DNA from: an uncultured bacterium
GTDB lineage: Bacteria > Patescibacteriota > Minisyncoccia > Phycocordibacterales > Phycocordibacteraceae
Direction: 5' to 3'
Assembly (NCBI GenBank): GCA_903825105.1
Contig: CAIJZI010000005.1
Span: 18,821 to 82,820 of the forward strand
DNA length: 64,000 bases
Numbering within the stretch: the first letter of the stretch is position 1; each line of letters starts with the position of its first letter. The notes below the pieces were generated by a model. That model saw only the letters and a list, made by a program, of their open reading frames with translations. It did not search any database and was not told where the DNA came from. Position numbers and translations under genes: made by a program. Below are positions 9,912 through 19,877 of this stretch, piece by piece.

Positions 9912-9958
9912 GAAGCCGCACTTACTATCGCGGGCACTTCTCAAGGGTTTTTATTTTT
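9903..9958 (+). terminator. intrinsic terminator (aacccttgagaag...cttctcaagggtt + TTTTTATTTTT)
   Basis: 13-bp stem with T-rich tail. Confidence 0.7.
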
Positions 9959-10038
9959 AATAAAAATATCACGCATATTTTGTTACTGCGTACACACATA
10001 CTCGACAGCACGACGAGGCGTCGACTGCTATACTATAA

Positions 10039-10458
10039 GTGATGGAGTATCAGGTACCTCAATTTATTGAAGTTGAAAACAAAATTGTCGGGCCATTGAC
10101 CTTGAGACAATTTATTTACCTAGCTGGTGGGGCAGGGCTGTGTGTTCTGTTCTTTGTTTATTTACCGATAATTTTTGCCCTTTTGTTTTCGGCGCTCGCT
10201 GTTGCCTTTGCGGTCGCACTCTCTTTTTATAAGGTAAATGGAAAGCCTTTTATCGAAGTGCTCGAAGCTGGATTCAACTATTACACTGGCGCAAAACTCT
10301 TTCTCTGGAAAAGAAGAGATCCCGAGGCACAAAAAAATACACTGGCAAAAGTAGAGCCAGAAGTACAGAAAACAGAGAGAATAACCCGAGGGAAGCTCTC
10401 TGAGCTCGCGTGGTCTCTCGATGTCTCTTCTGGTGGCAAGCAGGAAGACCAAAAATAA
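10039..10458 (+). CDS. PrgI/VirB3-like small membrane protein of T4SS-like operon
   Basis: N-terminal PQFIEVENKIVGPLTLRQFIYL followed by two TM helices, as in PrgI-family proteins that precede VirB4 ATPases. Confidence 0.5.
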   Translation: MMEYQVPQFIEVENKIVGPLTLRQFIYLAGGAGLCVLFFVYLPIIFALLFSALAVAFAVALSFYKVNGKPFIEVLEAGFNYYTGAKLFLWKRRDPEAQKNTLAKVEPEVQKTERITRGKLSELAWSLDVSSGGKQEDQK

Positions 10459-10459
10459 T

Positions 10460-11095
10460 ATGCCTACACCAAAATCAAATGCGACACAGCAGTTCGTCCC
10501 CGTTAAAGAGATAAAAAACGGCGTCATTATTCTTAAAGATGGTACTTACCGAGGAGTGCTTATCTGTTCAGCGATCAACTTCGGACTTAAGTCTGCGGAC
10601 GAACAGCACGCTATAGTTCTTGGTTTTCAGAATTTTTTAAATATGCTCGATTTTTCTATACAGATAGTGGTGAACTCACGGAAAATGGATTTGCGACCCT
10701 ATCTCGCTCTTCTAGCAGGGAAGGCAGTAGATCAGAAGACGGAGCTTATGCGCATTCAACTCAGAGAATATACCGAGTTCATTCGCTCATTCGCGGAGCA
10801 GTCAAACATAATGACAAAATCGTTTTACATCATCGTACCGTATTCTCCACACGCCTCTACCGCACACACTATGAACTTTCTTAAACGAGAGAGTGATGCT
10901 GTTAAAAATGCTGAGGCAACTACCTCTTTCGGAGAAAGTCGCGCACAACTCGAACAACGAATGTCTCTTATTTCTGGAGGGCTATCAAGAACGGGGGTTC
11001 GCGCGGTGCCGCTTAATACAGAAGAAGTGGTCGAGCTTCTATACCGGTCATTTAATCCAGGAGAATTGGAGAATCCTATTAGACTAGATGTATGA
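10460..11095 (+). CDS. VirB4 N-terminal-domain-like protein (separate ORF)
   Basis: FVPVKEIKNGVIILKDGTYRGVLICSAINFGLKSADEQ resembles CagE/TrbE/VirB4 N-terminal domain of Gram-positive-type VirB4s; ATG 10460 immediately after upstream stop. Confidence 0.4.
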   Translation: MPTPKSNATQQFVPVKEIKNGVIILKDGTYRGVLICSAINFGLKSADEQHAIVLGFQNFLNMLDFSIQIVVNSRKMDLRPYLALLAGKAVDQKTELMRIQLREYTEFIRSFAEQSNIMTKSFYIIVPYSPHASTAHTMNFLKRESDAVKNAEATTSFGESRAQLEQRMSLISGGLSRTGVRAVPLNTEEVVELLYRSFNPGELENPIRLDV

Positions 11096-11125
11096 GATTT
11101 ACACTTTTAAATATTTAAATATCTT

Positions 11126-12943
11126 ATGGCATTACTCGATTTCCTAAATAATAAAAAAGAAAAAGAACGGGAAATAATTCCTGTGCTTCCAAAAGATATT
11201 TATAAGCAGGGAACACTAGACTTGGTAGACACTATAGCGCCAACAGCGCTTCTCGTTGGCTCGCGCGAATTACAACTGGGAGAAAAGTTTGTGCGCGCTT
11301 TTTATACCATTTCATATCCACGATTTCTTTCTGATAGTTGGTTCTCGCCGATTATAAATCTCGACAAGGTTCTCGACGCGTCTATATTCATTCACCCCGT
11401 AGAGACAGAGCAGGCGCTTCGTGGATTCCAGAAAAAAGTCGCCGAAGTACAAAGTCAAATCAGCGAGCGTGAATCAAAAGGCCTTGTGCGCGACCCAATG
11501 CTCGACACAGCATACCAAGATCTCGAGAATTTAAGAAACGACCTCCAACAGGCTCAAGAAAAGCTCTTTGATGTCGGACTCTATTTGTCACTTTATGGTG
11601 ATACGAAAGAAGAGATTGATAAAACAGAAGGGGACATACGCGGCATTCTCGACGCAAAATTGGTGTATACGAAGCCAGCACTCTTCCAACAAGAGCAGGG
11701 ATTCCGTTCCTGCCTCCCGCTCGGAACCGATGAACTTTTGGTCAATTCTAAACTAAATTCGTCGCCACTCTCTTCACTTTTCCCCTTCGTCTCTTTCGAT
11801 CTCACGAGCGACCGTGGCATTTTGTATGGTATAAACAGACACAACTCTTCGCTTGTTCTCTTCGATCGTTTCTCGCTCGAAAATTATAATTCAGTCATAT
11901 TCGCCAAATCAGGTTCTGGTAAGTCGTATGCGACGAAGCTCGAAATCTTGCGTTCGCTTATGTTTGGTACCGATGTTATTGTCATCGACCCAGAACGAGA
12001 ATATGACCAGCTCGCTGAATCGACAGGGGGTCGCTCATTTCACATCTCTCTTTCTTCAGAACATCACATCAATCCGTTTGACCTGCCTCCAGTAAAAGAG
12101 GATGAAGACCCGAAAGATATTCTGCGTTCAAACATCATCGCTCTCGTAGGGCTCTTCCGTATTATGCTTGGCGGTCTCACACCAGAAGAAGATTCTATTA
12201 TCGATCGTGCGATTAGCGAGACCTACGCACTGAAAGACATCACTGGAGACGCTGACTTTACTGGTGCCGAATCGCCGCTACTTTCAGATTTTGAACAAGT
12301 TCTTTCGGGCATGGAAGGGAGCGAGTCGCTCGTCGAGAGACTTTCGAAGTATACGCGCGGGAGCTGGTCAGGCTTTATGAATCAGCCCACCAATATCGAC
12401 CTCAAACAACAATTCGAAATTTTCTCGGTACGCGATATGGAGGATGAGCTTAAGCCAGTGGCGATGTATATCATCACACACTTCATCTGGAATGCGATAC
12501 GCAGAGAGGTTAAGAAGCGCCTGCTGGTTATCGACGAGGCGTGGTGGATGATGAAGAGCGAGGATACCGCGAGCTTCTTGTATTCACTCGCGAAGCGTGG
12601 GCGTAAATATTACATTGGGGTCTGCACCATAACACAAGAAGTTGAAGATTTCGTTAATTCACAATATGGGAGAGCGATATTGAATAATTCATCACTCCAA
12701 CTCCTATTGAAACAGTCTCCGACTTCTATTGATGCACTCCAAAATACTTTTAAATTAACCGATGAGGAAAAATATCTCTTGCTCGAAGCTGGAGTAGGGG
12801 AGGGGCTCTTCTTCGCCGGACTAAAACATGTCGCTATTAAAATCGTCGCCAGTTACACCGAAGATCAGATTATTACTTCAGACCCGTCGCAGCTTCTCGC
12901 GATAAAGGAAGAGAAGGATCGCCATGCAGCAGAACAAAAGTAG
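11126..12943 (+). CDS. VirB4/TraC-family conjugal-transfer-type ATPase (ATPase domain)
   Basis: Walker A AKSGSGKSY (~11911), Walker B LLVIDEAWWMM with VirB4-hallmark DEAW (12532..12543); 605 aa. Confidence 0.75.
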   Translation: MALLDFLNNKKEKEREIIPVLPKDIYKQGTLDLVDTIAPTALLVGSRELQLGEKFVRAFYTISYPRFLSDSWFSPIINLDKVLDASIFIHPVETEQALRGFQKKVAEVQSQISERESKGLVRDPMLDTAYQDLENLRNDLQQAQEKLFDVGLYLSLYGDTKEEIDKTEGDIRGILDAKLVYTKPALFQQEQGFRSCLPLGTDELLVNSKLNSSPLSSLFPFVSFDLTSDRGILYGINRHNSSLVLFDRFSLENYNSVIFAKSGSGKSYATKLEILRSLMFGTDVIVIDPEREYDQLAESTGGRSFHISLSSEHHINPFDLPPVKEDEDPKDILRSNIIALVGLFRIMLGGLTPEEDSIIDRAISETYALKDITGDADFTGAESPLLSDFEQVLSGMEGSESLVERLSKYTRGSWSGFMNQPTNIDLKQQFEIFSVRDMEDELKPVAMYIITHFIWNAIRREVKKRLLVIDEAWWMMKSEDTASFLYSLAKRGRKYYIGVCTITQEVEDFVNSQYGRAILNNSSLQLLLKQSPTSIDALQNTFKLTDEEKYLLLEAGVGEGLFFAGLKHVAIKIVASYTEDQIITSDPSQLLAIKEEKDRHAAEQK

Positions 12944-13589
12944 CCCCAAGTTACCGCAAAACAGAAATCGCGGCACGGTACCCAGAAGGAATAGTGGTTC
13001 TAGCCCTCCACCGACGATGACTTGGGGTAAAGCGTCGCCGGTTTTGGTAGTGGCAGTTATCTTTGATTTGGCACGAAACTTTTTCGAATGGTTTTGGCTT
13101 TTTGGGCCGGCGCTCTTCGCTGTCGGGTGTACCGCAGGGATGAATAGTTATATAGGAACGACCATCACACAGCTTTCTGGTAAGGCTGTCGCGGTAGGCT
13201 GTATGGCTCTCGCTGGAGTGGCTGGATATTTTGGCGTTGAAGTTACCGAGGGATTTGGCATTATGATGGCGGCATTTGTTGGGTTCACTGGTTTTTTAAC
13301 TTTGCTTCTTTTGATTTCAATGACCAATTCTCGTTTGTTTAAAGTAAATCCGCGCGGGATGTTTTCTTTTGTGGGAAGTTTTGGCGTATGCGAAGTTCCT
13401 TTTGTTGGAGCAATCCCAGCTTTTTCGATCAGTCTTTATTTGTTGTACCGAAGACAGATAAAAATAGAAAAAGCAGCACTCAAAGCATGGAAGAAAGAAC
13501 AGGAAGAAAATAAACAGAATGAAAGAGCTGGTCAAATCACAGAGTTTATACAAATGCGCGATGCCCAACTAGCTTATGGCGAGATATAA
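12924..13589 (+). CDS. polytopic membrane protein of T4SS-like operon (possible VirB6-like component)
   Basis: 4-5 predicted TM helices; overlaps VirB4 stop by 20 nt. Confidence 0.35.
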   Translation: MQQNKSSPKLPQNRNRGTVPRRNSGSSPPPTMTWGKASPVLVVAVIFDLARNFFEWFWLFGPALFAVGCTAGMNSYIGTTITQLSGKAVAVGCMALAGVAGYFGVEVTEGFGIMMAAFVGFTGFLTLLLLISMTNSRLFKVNPRGMFSFVGSFGVCEVPFVGAIPAFSISLYLLYRRQIKIEKAALKAWKKEQEENKQNERAGQITEFIQMRDAQLAYGEI

Positions 13590-14601
13590 TGAATCTATGC
13601 GTTTTATTTTTCCACTCGCTTTAACTCTTCTCATTCTGCCTTCTGTAGCATTCGCTCAATTTTTAGGAGGAGATGCACTTGATGAGAGCACTGCCTTCTC
13701 TGCTTCGATAGACCCACAGTATCCAGCGCCGTATACCAATGCGACACTTTCTGTTCTTTCAGCATCTCTTGACCTCGCGAATGCGACAATGAAAGTTTCT
13801 GTAAATAAAAAACAAATCTATTCTGGAAGCGTCCAAGATCTTTCTATTCGTCTTGGCGGTGCAGGGAATATGACAAAAATAGATGTGACGATTTCATCTT
13901 CTGGGAAAAGCTATACCCAAAACCTCTCTGTTCAACCACAAGATGTGGTGCTCGTAGCCGAGCCACTATCTTCTGCTCCACCACTCTACCCAGGGAAGAC
14001 ACTGGTGCCTCTCGAAGGGAGTGTGCGTGTTGTCGCTATGGCAAATCTCCGAGATACAAAAGGGAAAGCCATCGATCCTGCGACCCTCTCATACTCTTGG
14101 ACGGTTGATGAAACGAGTCTCTCAAATGCATCTGGGATTGGGAAAAGTGCGATTATTGTAGATTCCCCATTTAAGTACCGCTCGACAGATGTATCCGTGT
14201 CGATAAAGAGCCAAGACGGCTCACTTGTTGGCGGAGACTCTTTGTCGCTCGTTGCCTCTGACCCAGTCATCCGTGTGTATGAAAACGATCCACTCCTCGG
14301 TATTGTCTTTAACCGCGCCATTTCAGGAAATTATAAAATCACTTCATCTGAAGATTCGCTCTATGCCGCTCCATTCTCTATGCCAACCTCTTCTGGACTA
14401 CCGGTTATTCAATGGTTTTTAAATGGTGACCTCGCACAAACCGGAAAGACAATAACACTGCGCCCAACAGGAAGCGGGCAGGGGAGCGCTTCTCTCTCGC
14501 TCATCGCGTCTTCAGGAGAATCAACACGAGCGACTCAAGAATTCTCGCTCTCTTTTGGCGCGATACAGAGTAGCGTGCTTAATAAATTATTTGGACTATG
14601 A
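13576..14601 (+). CDS. secreted protein with signal peptide, T4SS-like operon
   Basis: MRFIFPLALTLLILPSVAFA signal peptide (alt start 13597); Ser/Thr-rich beta-type sequence. Confidence 0.4.
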   Translation: MARYNESMRFIFPLALTLLILPSVAFAQFLGGDALDESTAFSASIDPQYPAPYTNATLSVLSASLDLANATMKVSVNKKQIYSGSVQDLSIRLGGAGNMTKIDVTISSSGKSYTQNLSVQPQDVVLVAEPLSSAPPLYPGKTLVPLEGSVRVVAMANLRDTKGKAIDPATLSYSWTVDETSLSNASGIGKSAIIVDSPFKYRSTDVSVSIKSQDGSLVGGDSLSLVASDPVIRVYENDPLLGIVFNRAISGNYKITSSEDSLYAAPFSMPTSSGLPVIQWFLNGDLAQTGKTITLRPTGSGQGSASLSLIASSGESTRATQEFSLSFGAIQSSVLNKLFGL

Positions 14602-15869
14602 AAAAAATTATTTTTCTATTCTTGATTCTTTCTTTATCTCTTTCTCTCCCGCATTTTGCATTTGCACAACAAGTTGGAGAAGTTGGGGATACTTGTAAAA
14701 CACCAAACGATTGTTCTGTGGATTATTGTGTTAACAATGTTTGTAGTGCCGGAGAAGCGGGAGATGTTTGCAATGGAAATGGTGATTGCTCTGGAGATCT
14801 AACTTGTAAAAATAAAGTCTGTGCTAGTACAAGTTCCTCAAATACGCAATCAACAACACAAGCGAAAACAAATGGATTCACCGCGCTCGCGCCAATACCA
14901 GGCCTCACAGATAAATCGAGTACCGCTTTGGTAAATTCAGACAGTCTCGCAAACTTCTTTAACAATCTTTATAAATATCTTATCGGCCTCGCCGCGATCT
15001 TGGCGATTATACAGATAATGTGGGCGGGCTTTGATATGGCTTGGGAACACAAGGATTCGGTGAGTGCGATAACTGATGATAAAGGGAGGATTAAAAACGC
15101 CATTTTTGGACTTGTTCTTATCCTCTCTCCGGCCGTTATCTTCTCTATCATTAATCCAAGTATTCTGAACTTATCTATCGGCCTCCAACCGCTTGATATG
15201 TCGAAGACTACTATGGATTCAAGTGGATCTGGAACAGGTAATGATCTTTTGACACAGGACGGCAAACCTCCAATTACACAAACTAAATCAACCTCAGGAT
15301 GCGCGACAGCTACAAATGGTCCTCTGAGTGGAACTTTTTATACAACATGTACAGCTACGGATGAAAAAACCGCATCTAGCGAAGCCGCATCCTATGTGGC
15401 AGCTAATTGTCCTACAAGCGGCACGAAAACTGGAGGGGCGTATGCTGCTGTTGGATCTGATGAGAAGACAACAATGGACTCAAATAATAATATTAAAAAA
15501 TATTATTCTACATATTCTGCAAAAGCTTGGTGTAGCCAAATTATTAAAATAACTGGCGTATACCAAAAAAGTTTGATGAATTCTGAAATTTCTAATCTAA
15601 TAGGTTATTTCAACGCATCAGATGCGATTGGAAATATAAATCCTGATAAAGTGTGTGGTAATTGGTCTTTATCTGGCAGTTTTAAGGTGGATAATTTTTC
15701 ATCATCAGCTGGATTGGATAATTCAGGCGGGTATGGTTCTGACAATCTTGGTCCATGTCCTAGTGACGATTCTTTCCAGAAATGGTTTCTTGCACTTAAA
15801 GGGAAAAATGATCTATATGTACCAACATGCGGGGACACAAGCTTCTATTGCGTAATGCCTATTAATTAA
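14598..15869 (+). CDS. Cys-rich secreted protein containing a VirB2/TrbC-like hydrophobic helical hairpin
   Basis: signal peptide, Cys-rich module (CKTPNDCSVDYCVNNVC...), then LIGLAAILAIIQIMWAGFDMAW...IFGLVLILSPAVIFSII two-helix hairpin; ATGA overlap with upstream gene. Confidence 0.4.
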   Translation: MKKIIFLFLILSLSLSLPHFAFAQQVGEVGDTCKTPNDCSVDYCVNNVCSAGEAGDVCNGNGDCSGDLTCKNKVCASTSSSNTQSTTQAKTNGFTALAPIPGLTDKSSTALVNSDSLANFFNNLYKYLIGLAAILAIIQIMWAGFDMAWEHKDSVSAITDDKGRIKNAIFGLVLILSPAVIFSIINPSILNLSIGLQPLDMSKTTMDSSGSGTGNDLLTQDGKPPITQTKSTSGCATATNGPLSGTFYTTCTATDEKTASSEAASYVAANCPTSGTKTGGAYAAVGSDEKTTMDSNNNIKKYYSTYSAKAWCSQIIKITGVYQKSLMNSEISNLIGYFNASDAIGNINPDKVCGNWSLSGSFKVDNFSSSAGLDNSGGYGSDNLGPCPSDDSFQKWFLALKGKNDLYVPTCGDTSFYCVMPIN

Positions 15870-15870
15870 C

Positions 15871-17103
15871 ATGAAACGCTTCCTTCTCATCCTCATAACA
15901 CTCATCATCCTCATCGGAGTTGGGGTATTTATTTATTTCTACTTCTTCGCCAATAAAGCGACGGTTGTCGTTGCTCCTCCTGGTACGACAACACTCCCGA
16001 TCTCTGGAAATAATGGAACGACACAATCTGGTGGTGGAAATAAAAACCCAAATTCATCAGCTTCGAGTATCCCAGTGTCAGTCGCGCCGAGACTCGTCGA
16101 GATAAATGCCGGGCCGGTCGTGAATGGGGAAGTGGTGCTCGATGTTTCTATTAAAAATGCCACAACCTCTGCCTCAACTACTCCCGTAATAAGCTCGGAT
16201 GTTATCGCTAAATATATCGAGCGCGAAAGTGGCAATGTTTTTTCCTATTCAGTAAAAGACAATAAGAATACGCGCGTGAGTAATAAGACACTCCCCGGGA
16301 TTCAGTCAGCGACTTGGCTGCCAAATGGATTAACTGCATTTGTTCGTTACCTATCAGGAAATGATTTTTCTACCATAAACACCTATGCTTTCATGGCAGA
16401 TGGTTCTAACGGATTCTTTTTACAACAAAATCTCTCTAGTATCGATATCTCTTCGACGAGTGTCCTTATGCTCGCTTCTGGAGTAAATGGCTCATCAGCT
16501 TCTCTCGCGAACACCGACGGCACCAAAGCCTCAAATGTGTTCACAACACCGCTTTCACAGCTTCGTGTGTCATTCGCTGGTAAAAAATATCTCGCCTACA
16601 CCAAACCGTCTTCTGGGATAGATGGATATGCATTTATTGTTGATTCGACAGGCCACTTCTCGAGAATCGCTGGGCCCCGTAGCGGTCTTACCGCTCTCGC
16701 GAGCCCTTCTGGCGCGTGGGTACTCTTAAGTTACCCTCTCAACAACGACCTCCAAATGGAGCTCGTGAACACCTCAACAGGAGAGATTGTCTCTCTTCCG
16801 GTCGCGACTATCGCTGACAAGTGTGTATGGACGAATGATGAATCTTCTATTTATTGTGGCATCCCGACAAATGTTTCGAGTGATGCCTCGTATCCTGATG
16901 ATTGGTATCAAGGGGCGTTCCAATTTTCAGACCGAATCTGGAAGATAGATGTTTCTGGCAGATTTGCTCAACTCACACTCGACTTTTCAAGTGCGACAAA
17001 TGGAGTTTCTCTCGACGCTGTCGCTCTCTCGGTTGACCAAAATAATACCGAACTTGTTTTTATGAACAAAAACGACAACTCTCTTTGGGGCTATCAGCTC
17101 TAG
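15871..17103 (+). CDS. membrane-anchored extracytoplasmic protein, last gene of T4SS-like operon
   Basis: N-terminal TM anchor then 380 aa Ser/Thr-rich domain; no family recognised. Confidence 0.35.
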   Translation: MKRFLLILITLIILIGVGVFIYFYFFANKATVVVAPPGTTTLPISGNNGTTQSGGGNKNPNSSASSIPVSVAPRLVEINAGPVVNGEVVLDVSIKNATTSASTTPVISSDVIAKYIERESGNVFSYSVKDNKNTRVSNKTLPGIQSATWLPNGLTAFVRYLSGNDFSTINTYAFMADGSNGFFLQQNLSSIDISSTSVLMLASGVNGSSASLANTDGTKASNVFTTPLSQLRVSFAGKKYLAYTKPSSGIDGYAFIVDSTGHFSRIAGPRSGLTALASPSGAWVLLSYPLNNDLQMELVNTSTGEIVSLPVATIADKCVWTNDESSIYCGIPTNVSSDASYPDDWYQGAFQFSDRIWKIDVSGRFAQLTLDFSSATNGVSLDAVALSVDQNNTELVFMNKNDNSLWGYQL

Positions 17104-17106
17104 AGA

Positions 17107-17847
17107 TTACACCTTCTCACTTACACCTTCTTTTACTCCTCTCCTAACATAGAGCTCTTGTAGTGTGCCGACGATATTTGTTGTGATGAAGTAGAGCGCC
17201 ACCGCTCCTGAGGTTGTGTACGAAATAACAGCAATAAGAAAGGGGAAGACATACTTTAATTGCATTCCCATCATCTGTTGGAATCCTGCCTGCATTCCGC
17301 TTCCGTCTCCTGATGGCTTCATGGTCCCCGAGAGGGCGAAATGTGCTTGAAGGAATTGTGTTACGCCAGCCAAAATCGCCAACAAAATACTTTTCCCTGC
17401 GACAGAAATTATTCCTAAAAATTCTAGAGAAATGGTGTGTGGAATTGGTGTTATCGCGTACAATCTCGCTGTGTTTATAACAGAAAATGGTTCATAGCAA
17501 AAAACCCAATAGAGTGCGAGGAGGACTGGAATTTGAATAAACACCGTTAGAATACTCGCGAAGGGATTCACTTTTGCATCTTTATATAAAGCGAGTGTTT
17601 CTATAGCTTCTTTTTCTTTATCGCCCTTGTGCTTTTCTTTTAATTCTTTTAATTTAGGTTCCAGGACTTTCATCGCGCGCTGTGTTCTGACTGCCGACAA
17701 AGAGAAGGGGAGGAGAATCAAACGAATGATGATAGTGATGAGAATAACCGCGACACCCACATCGCCTTTTGGAATAAAAGCGACAAGCGCTACGAGAGCG
17801 TTATATATCGGATTATAAAAAACGGCGTGAAAAAAAGCTGAAATCAC
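17107..17847 (-). CDS. yidC: membrane protein insertase YidC (short form)
   Basis: 246 aa, YNPIYNALV...IRLILLPF...KVNPF motifs of YidC/Oxa1; in rpmH-rnpA-yidC cluster. Confidence 0.85.
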   Translation of the reverse strand: MISAFFHAVFYNPIYNALVALVAFIPKGDVGVAVILITIIIRLILLPFSLSAVRTQRAMKVLEPKLKELKEKHKGDKEKEAIETLALYKDAKVNPFASILTVFIQIPVLLALYWVFCYEPFSVINTARLYAITPIPHTISLEFLGIISVAGKSILLAILAGVTQFLQAHFALSGTMKPSGDGSGMQAGFQQMMGMQLKYVFPFLIAVISYTTSGAVALYFITTNIVGTLQELYVRRGVKEGVSEKV

Positions 17848-17865
17848 AGGTGGTTGGATTAATTT

Positions 17866-18168
17866 TTATATTTTAGAAATAAGATCTATGAGTTCTTTTT
17901 CTATATCCTGATAGTGTACACCCTCTAGTTTAGAACGCGAAAAAACAATAAGCGATGGTGGTAATTTCTGTTTTTTGAGAGCTCCGATGATGCGCCGCTT
18001 TATTTTATGCCTGTCGACAGAGAGCTTGGCTACCTTTTTGGGCACCACAACAGCATATCCTGCCACCTCTTTAGAAACAGTGGCGGTAAAGTGGGTAGAA
18101 GAGAATCTGCGCCCTTTTAGTACGAGAGGGAATGTTGCTCGCGTCAGCCTATAACTGCGCTTAAACAC
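17866..18168 (-). CDS. rnpA: ribonuclease P protein component
   Basis: 100 aa basic protein, position between rpmH and yidC, RnpA-like KLSVDRHKIKRR. Confidence 0.85.
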   Translation of the reverse strand: MFKRSYRLTRATFPLVLKGRRFSSTHFTATVSKEVAGYAVVVPKKVAKLSVDRHKIKRRIIGALKKQKLPPSLIVFSRSKLEGVHYQDIEKELIDLISKI

Positions 18169-18172
18169 GGGT

Positions 18173-18310
18173 TTAGACGGCTAAACTGGCCCTTCCTGCT
18201 CTTCGTCGCCCTTTTATAATCTTACGGCCAGAACTGGTTGCCTTTCGAGCAAGAAATCCATGCGTCGTTGCGCGCTTCTTTTTCTTTGGTTGGTAGGTTC
18301 TTTTTGGCAT
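18173..18310 (-). CDS. rpmH: 50S ribosomal protein L34
   Basis: [45 protein letters not shown]; track ORF trimmed to ATG at 18310. Confidence 0.85.
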   Translation of the reverse strand: MPKRTYQPKKKKRATTHGFLARKATSSGRKIIKGRRRAGRASLAV

Positions 18311-18401
18311 ATTAAATAGGTGTTTATCCACACATAGTACCAGATTCTGCACAAAACACCATTTTGTCCTAGTTTTATGAAAAGAGTATACTCTGGGCAC
18401 G
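18311..18401. promoter_or_regulatory. oriC / divergent promoter region between rpmH and dnaA with perfect DnaA box TTATCCACA at 18324..18332
   Basis: consensus 9-mer read directly; classic rpmH|dnaA location. Confidence 0.6.
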
Positions 18402-19754
18402 ATGGACAAGAGAAATTTACAGGAACTTTGGGAACATGTTTTGACTCAAGTTGAACTTTCTATATCTCCTGCGAATTTTAATACTTGGTTTTGTAACAGT
18501 TTCATTGTGAAGGTTACTGAAGATGGGGTAGTCCACATTGGTGTTCCAAGTCAGTTCTTCAAGGATTGGTATATGAAAAAGTTTCATACGCTCTTATTGA
18601 AAATCCTCCGTGACATTTCTTATGAGTTCAGAAACATTGAATACGCAATAGTGAAAGATGAGCGGAGAAAAGTTTTAAAAGAAACAAAGAAAGTTTCTGG
18701 CGCGATGGAGCTTCCGTTAAATGAATTTTATATTAATAAGAGCGATAACCTAAATCCGCGCTATACCTTCGATACTTTTGTTGTTGGGTCTTTCAACGAG
18801 CTTGCCTATACCGCTGCTCAAGCCGCACTCAAACGCCCTGGCATAACCTATAACCCACTTTTTATTTATGGAGATACTGGGAGAGGGAAGACGCATTTAA
18901 TACAGGCGATTGGTAATCAATTTAAAAAACAGTTCAACAGCCAAAAAGTTTTTTATCTTACTTCTGAAAAGTTTGCTATTGATTATACGGACTCTGTTCA
19001 AGCCGGAACGGCGAATCGTTTTAAAGACAAATATCGTCAGTACGATCTTCTTATTATGGATGATGTGCAGTTTCTTTCTAAAAAAGAAAAGACCCAAGAG
19101 GAACTCTTTCATTTGTTCAATGCTTTATACGATACCAATAAGCAAATTATATTCTCATCTGATCGTTCTCCTGTCGCCATTCCAGATATCGCAGAGCGCT
19201 TAAAAGGGAGACTTGCTAGTGGAATGACAGTTGATATTAGTGAGCCAGACACTGAATCTCGTATGGCGATTATTCAAAAAAAGGCGGCATTACACGGGTT
19301 TATGCTCTCAAATGATGTTGTTGAGTATGTGGCGACCTCTATAACAGGATCTATTCGTGAACTTGAAGGGATGATAAATAATATTGTCTGCCACGCCCAA
19401 GCGAAAGGGTATGCGCCAGATATTGCTGAAGTGAGACAGTCGCTTCGATCCTTCACTCGTCCACAAAAAACAATTTCGATTAAAAATGTTGTGGATAAAG
19501 TTGCTGAATTTTATGGAATTGATGAAGAGAGTATTTATGAAAAGACGCGACGAAGGGAAGTGGTGCGTCCACGCCAGGTGATTATGTATCTTCTTCGAGA
19601 AGATTTTAATATTTCATATCCAACCATTGGTTCAAAACTTGGCGGACGCGATCATACAACCGTTATCCACTCTTGTGAAAAAATAAAGCGTGAAATAGTT
19701 GGGGATGCAGATCTATCTAAAGATATACAGAGTATAAGAGCCCTACTTGTATGA
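18402..19754 (+). CDS. dnaA: chromosomal replication initiator DnaA
   Basis: 450 aa, AAA+ Walker [12 protein letters not shown]-terminal DNA-binding domain. Confidence 0.9.
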   Translation: MDKRNLQELWEHVLTQVELSISPANFNTWFCNSFIVKVTEDGVVHIGVPSQFFKDWYMKKFHTLLLKILRDISYEFRNIEYAIVKDERRKVLKETKKVSGAMELPLNEFYINKSDNLNPRYTFDTFVVGSFNELAYTAAQAALKRPGITYNPLFIYGDTGRGKTHLIQAIGNQFKKQFNSQKVFYLTSEKFAIDYTDSVQAGTANRFKDKYRQYDLLIMDDVQFLSKKEKTQEELFHLFNALYDTNKQIIFSSDRSPVAIPDIAERLKGRLASGMTVDISEPDTESRMAIIQKKAALHGFMLSNDVVEYVATSITGSIRELEGMINNIVCHAQAKGYAPDIAEVRQSLRSFTRPQKTISIKNVVDKVAEFYGIDEESIYEKTRRREVVRPRQVIMYLLREDFNISYPTIGSKLGGRDHTTVIHSCEKIKREIVGDADLSKDIQSIRALLV

Positions 19755-19877
19755 TACCTTTCAACACACTATCAACAGGTTTAGGGTATAATGAAGAAAG
19801 AAAGAAGCTTGTATTTAATGGTTATTTTTTACTTCTCCACATATCAACACCCTTAATAGAAACATCATAAGAATTTT

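Noticed and set aside
11093-11126. Possibility that VirB4 N-domain and ATPase ORFs are one gene with readthrough
   Set aside because: Two in-frame stops (TGA 11093, TAA 11108) separate them, so simple readthrough is unlikely. It is kept as a split gene, but an assembly error is not excluded.
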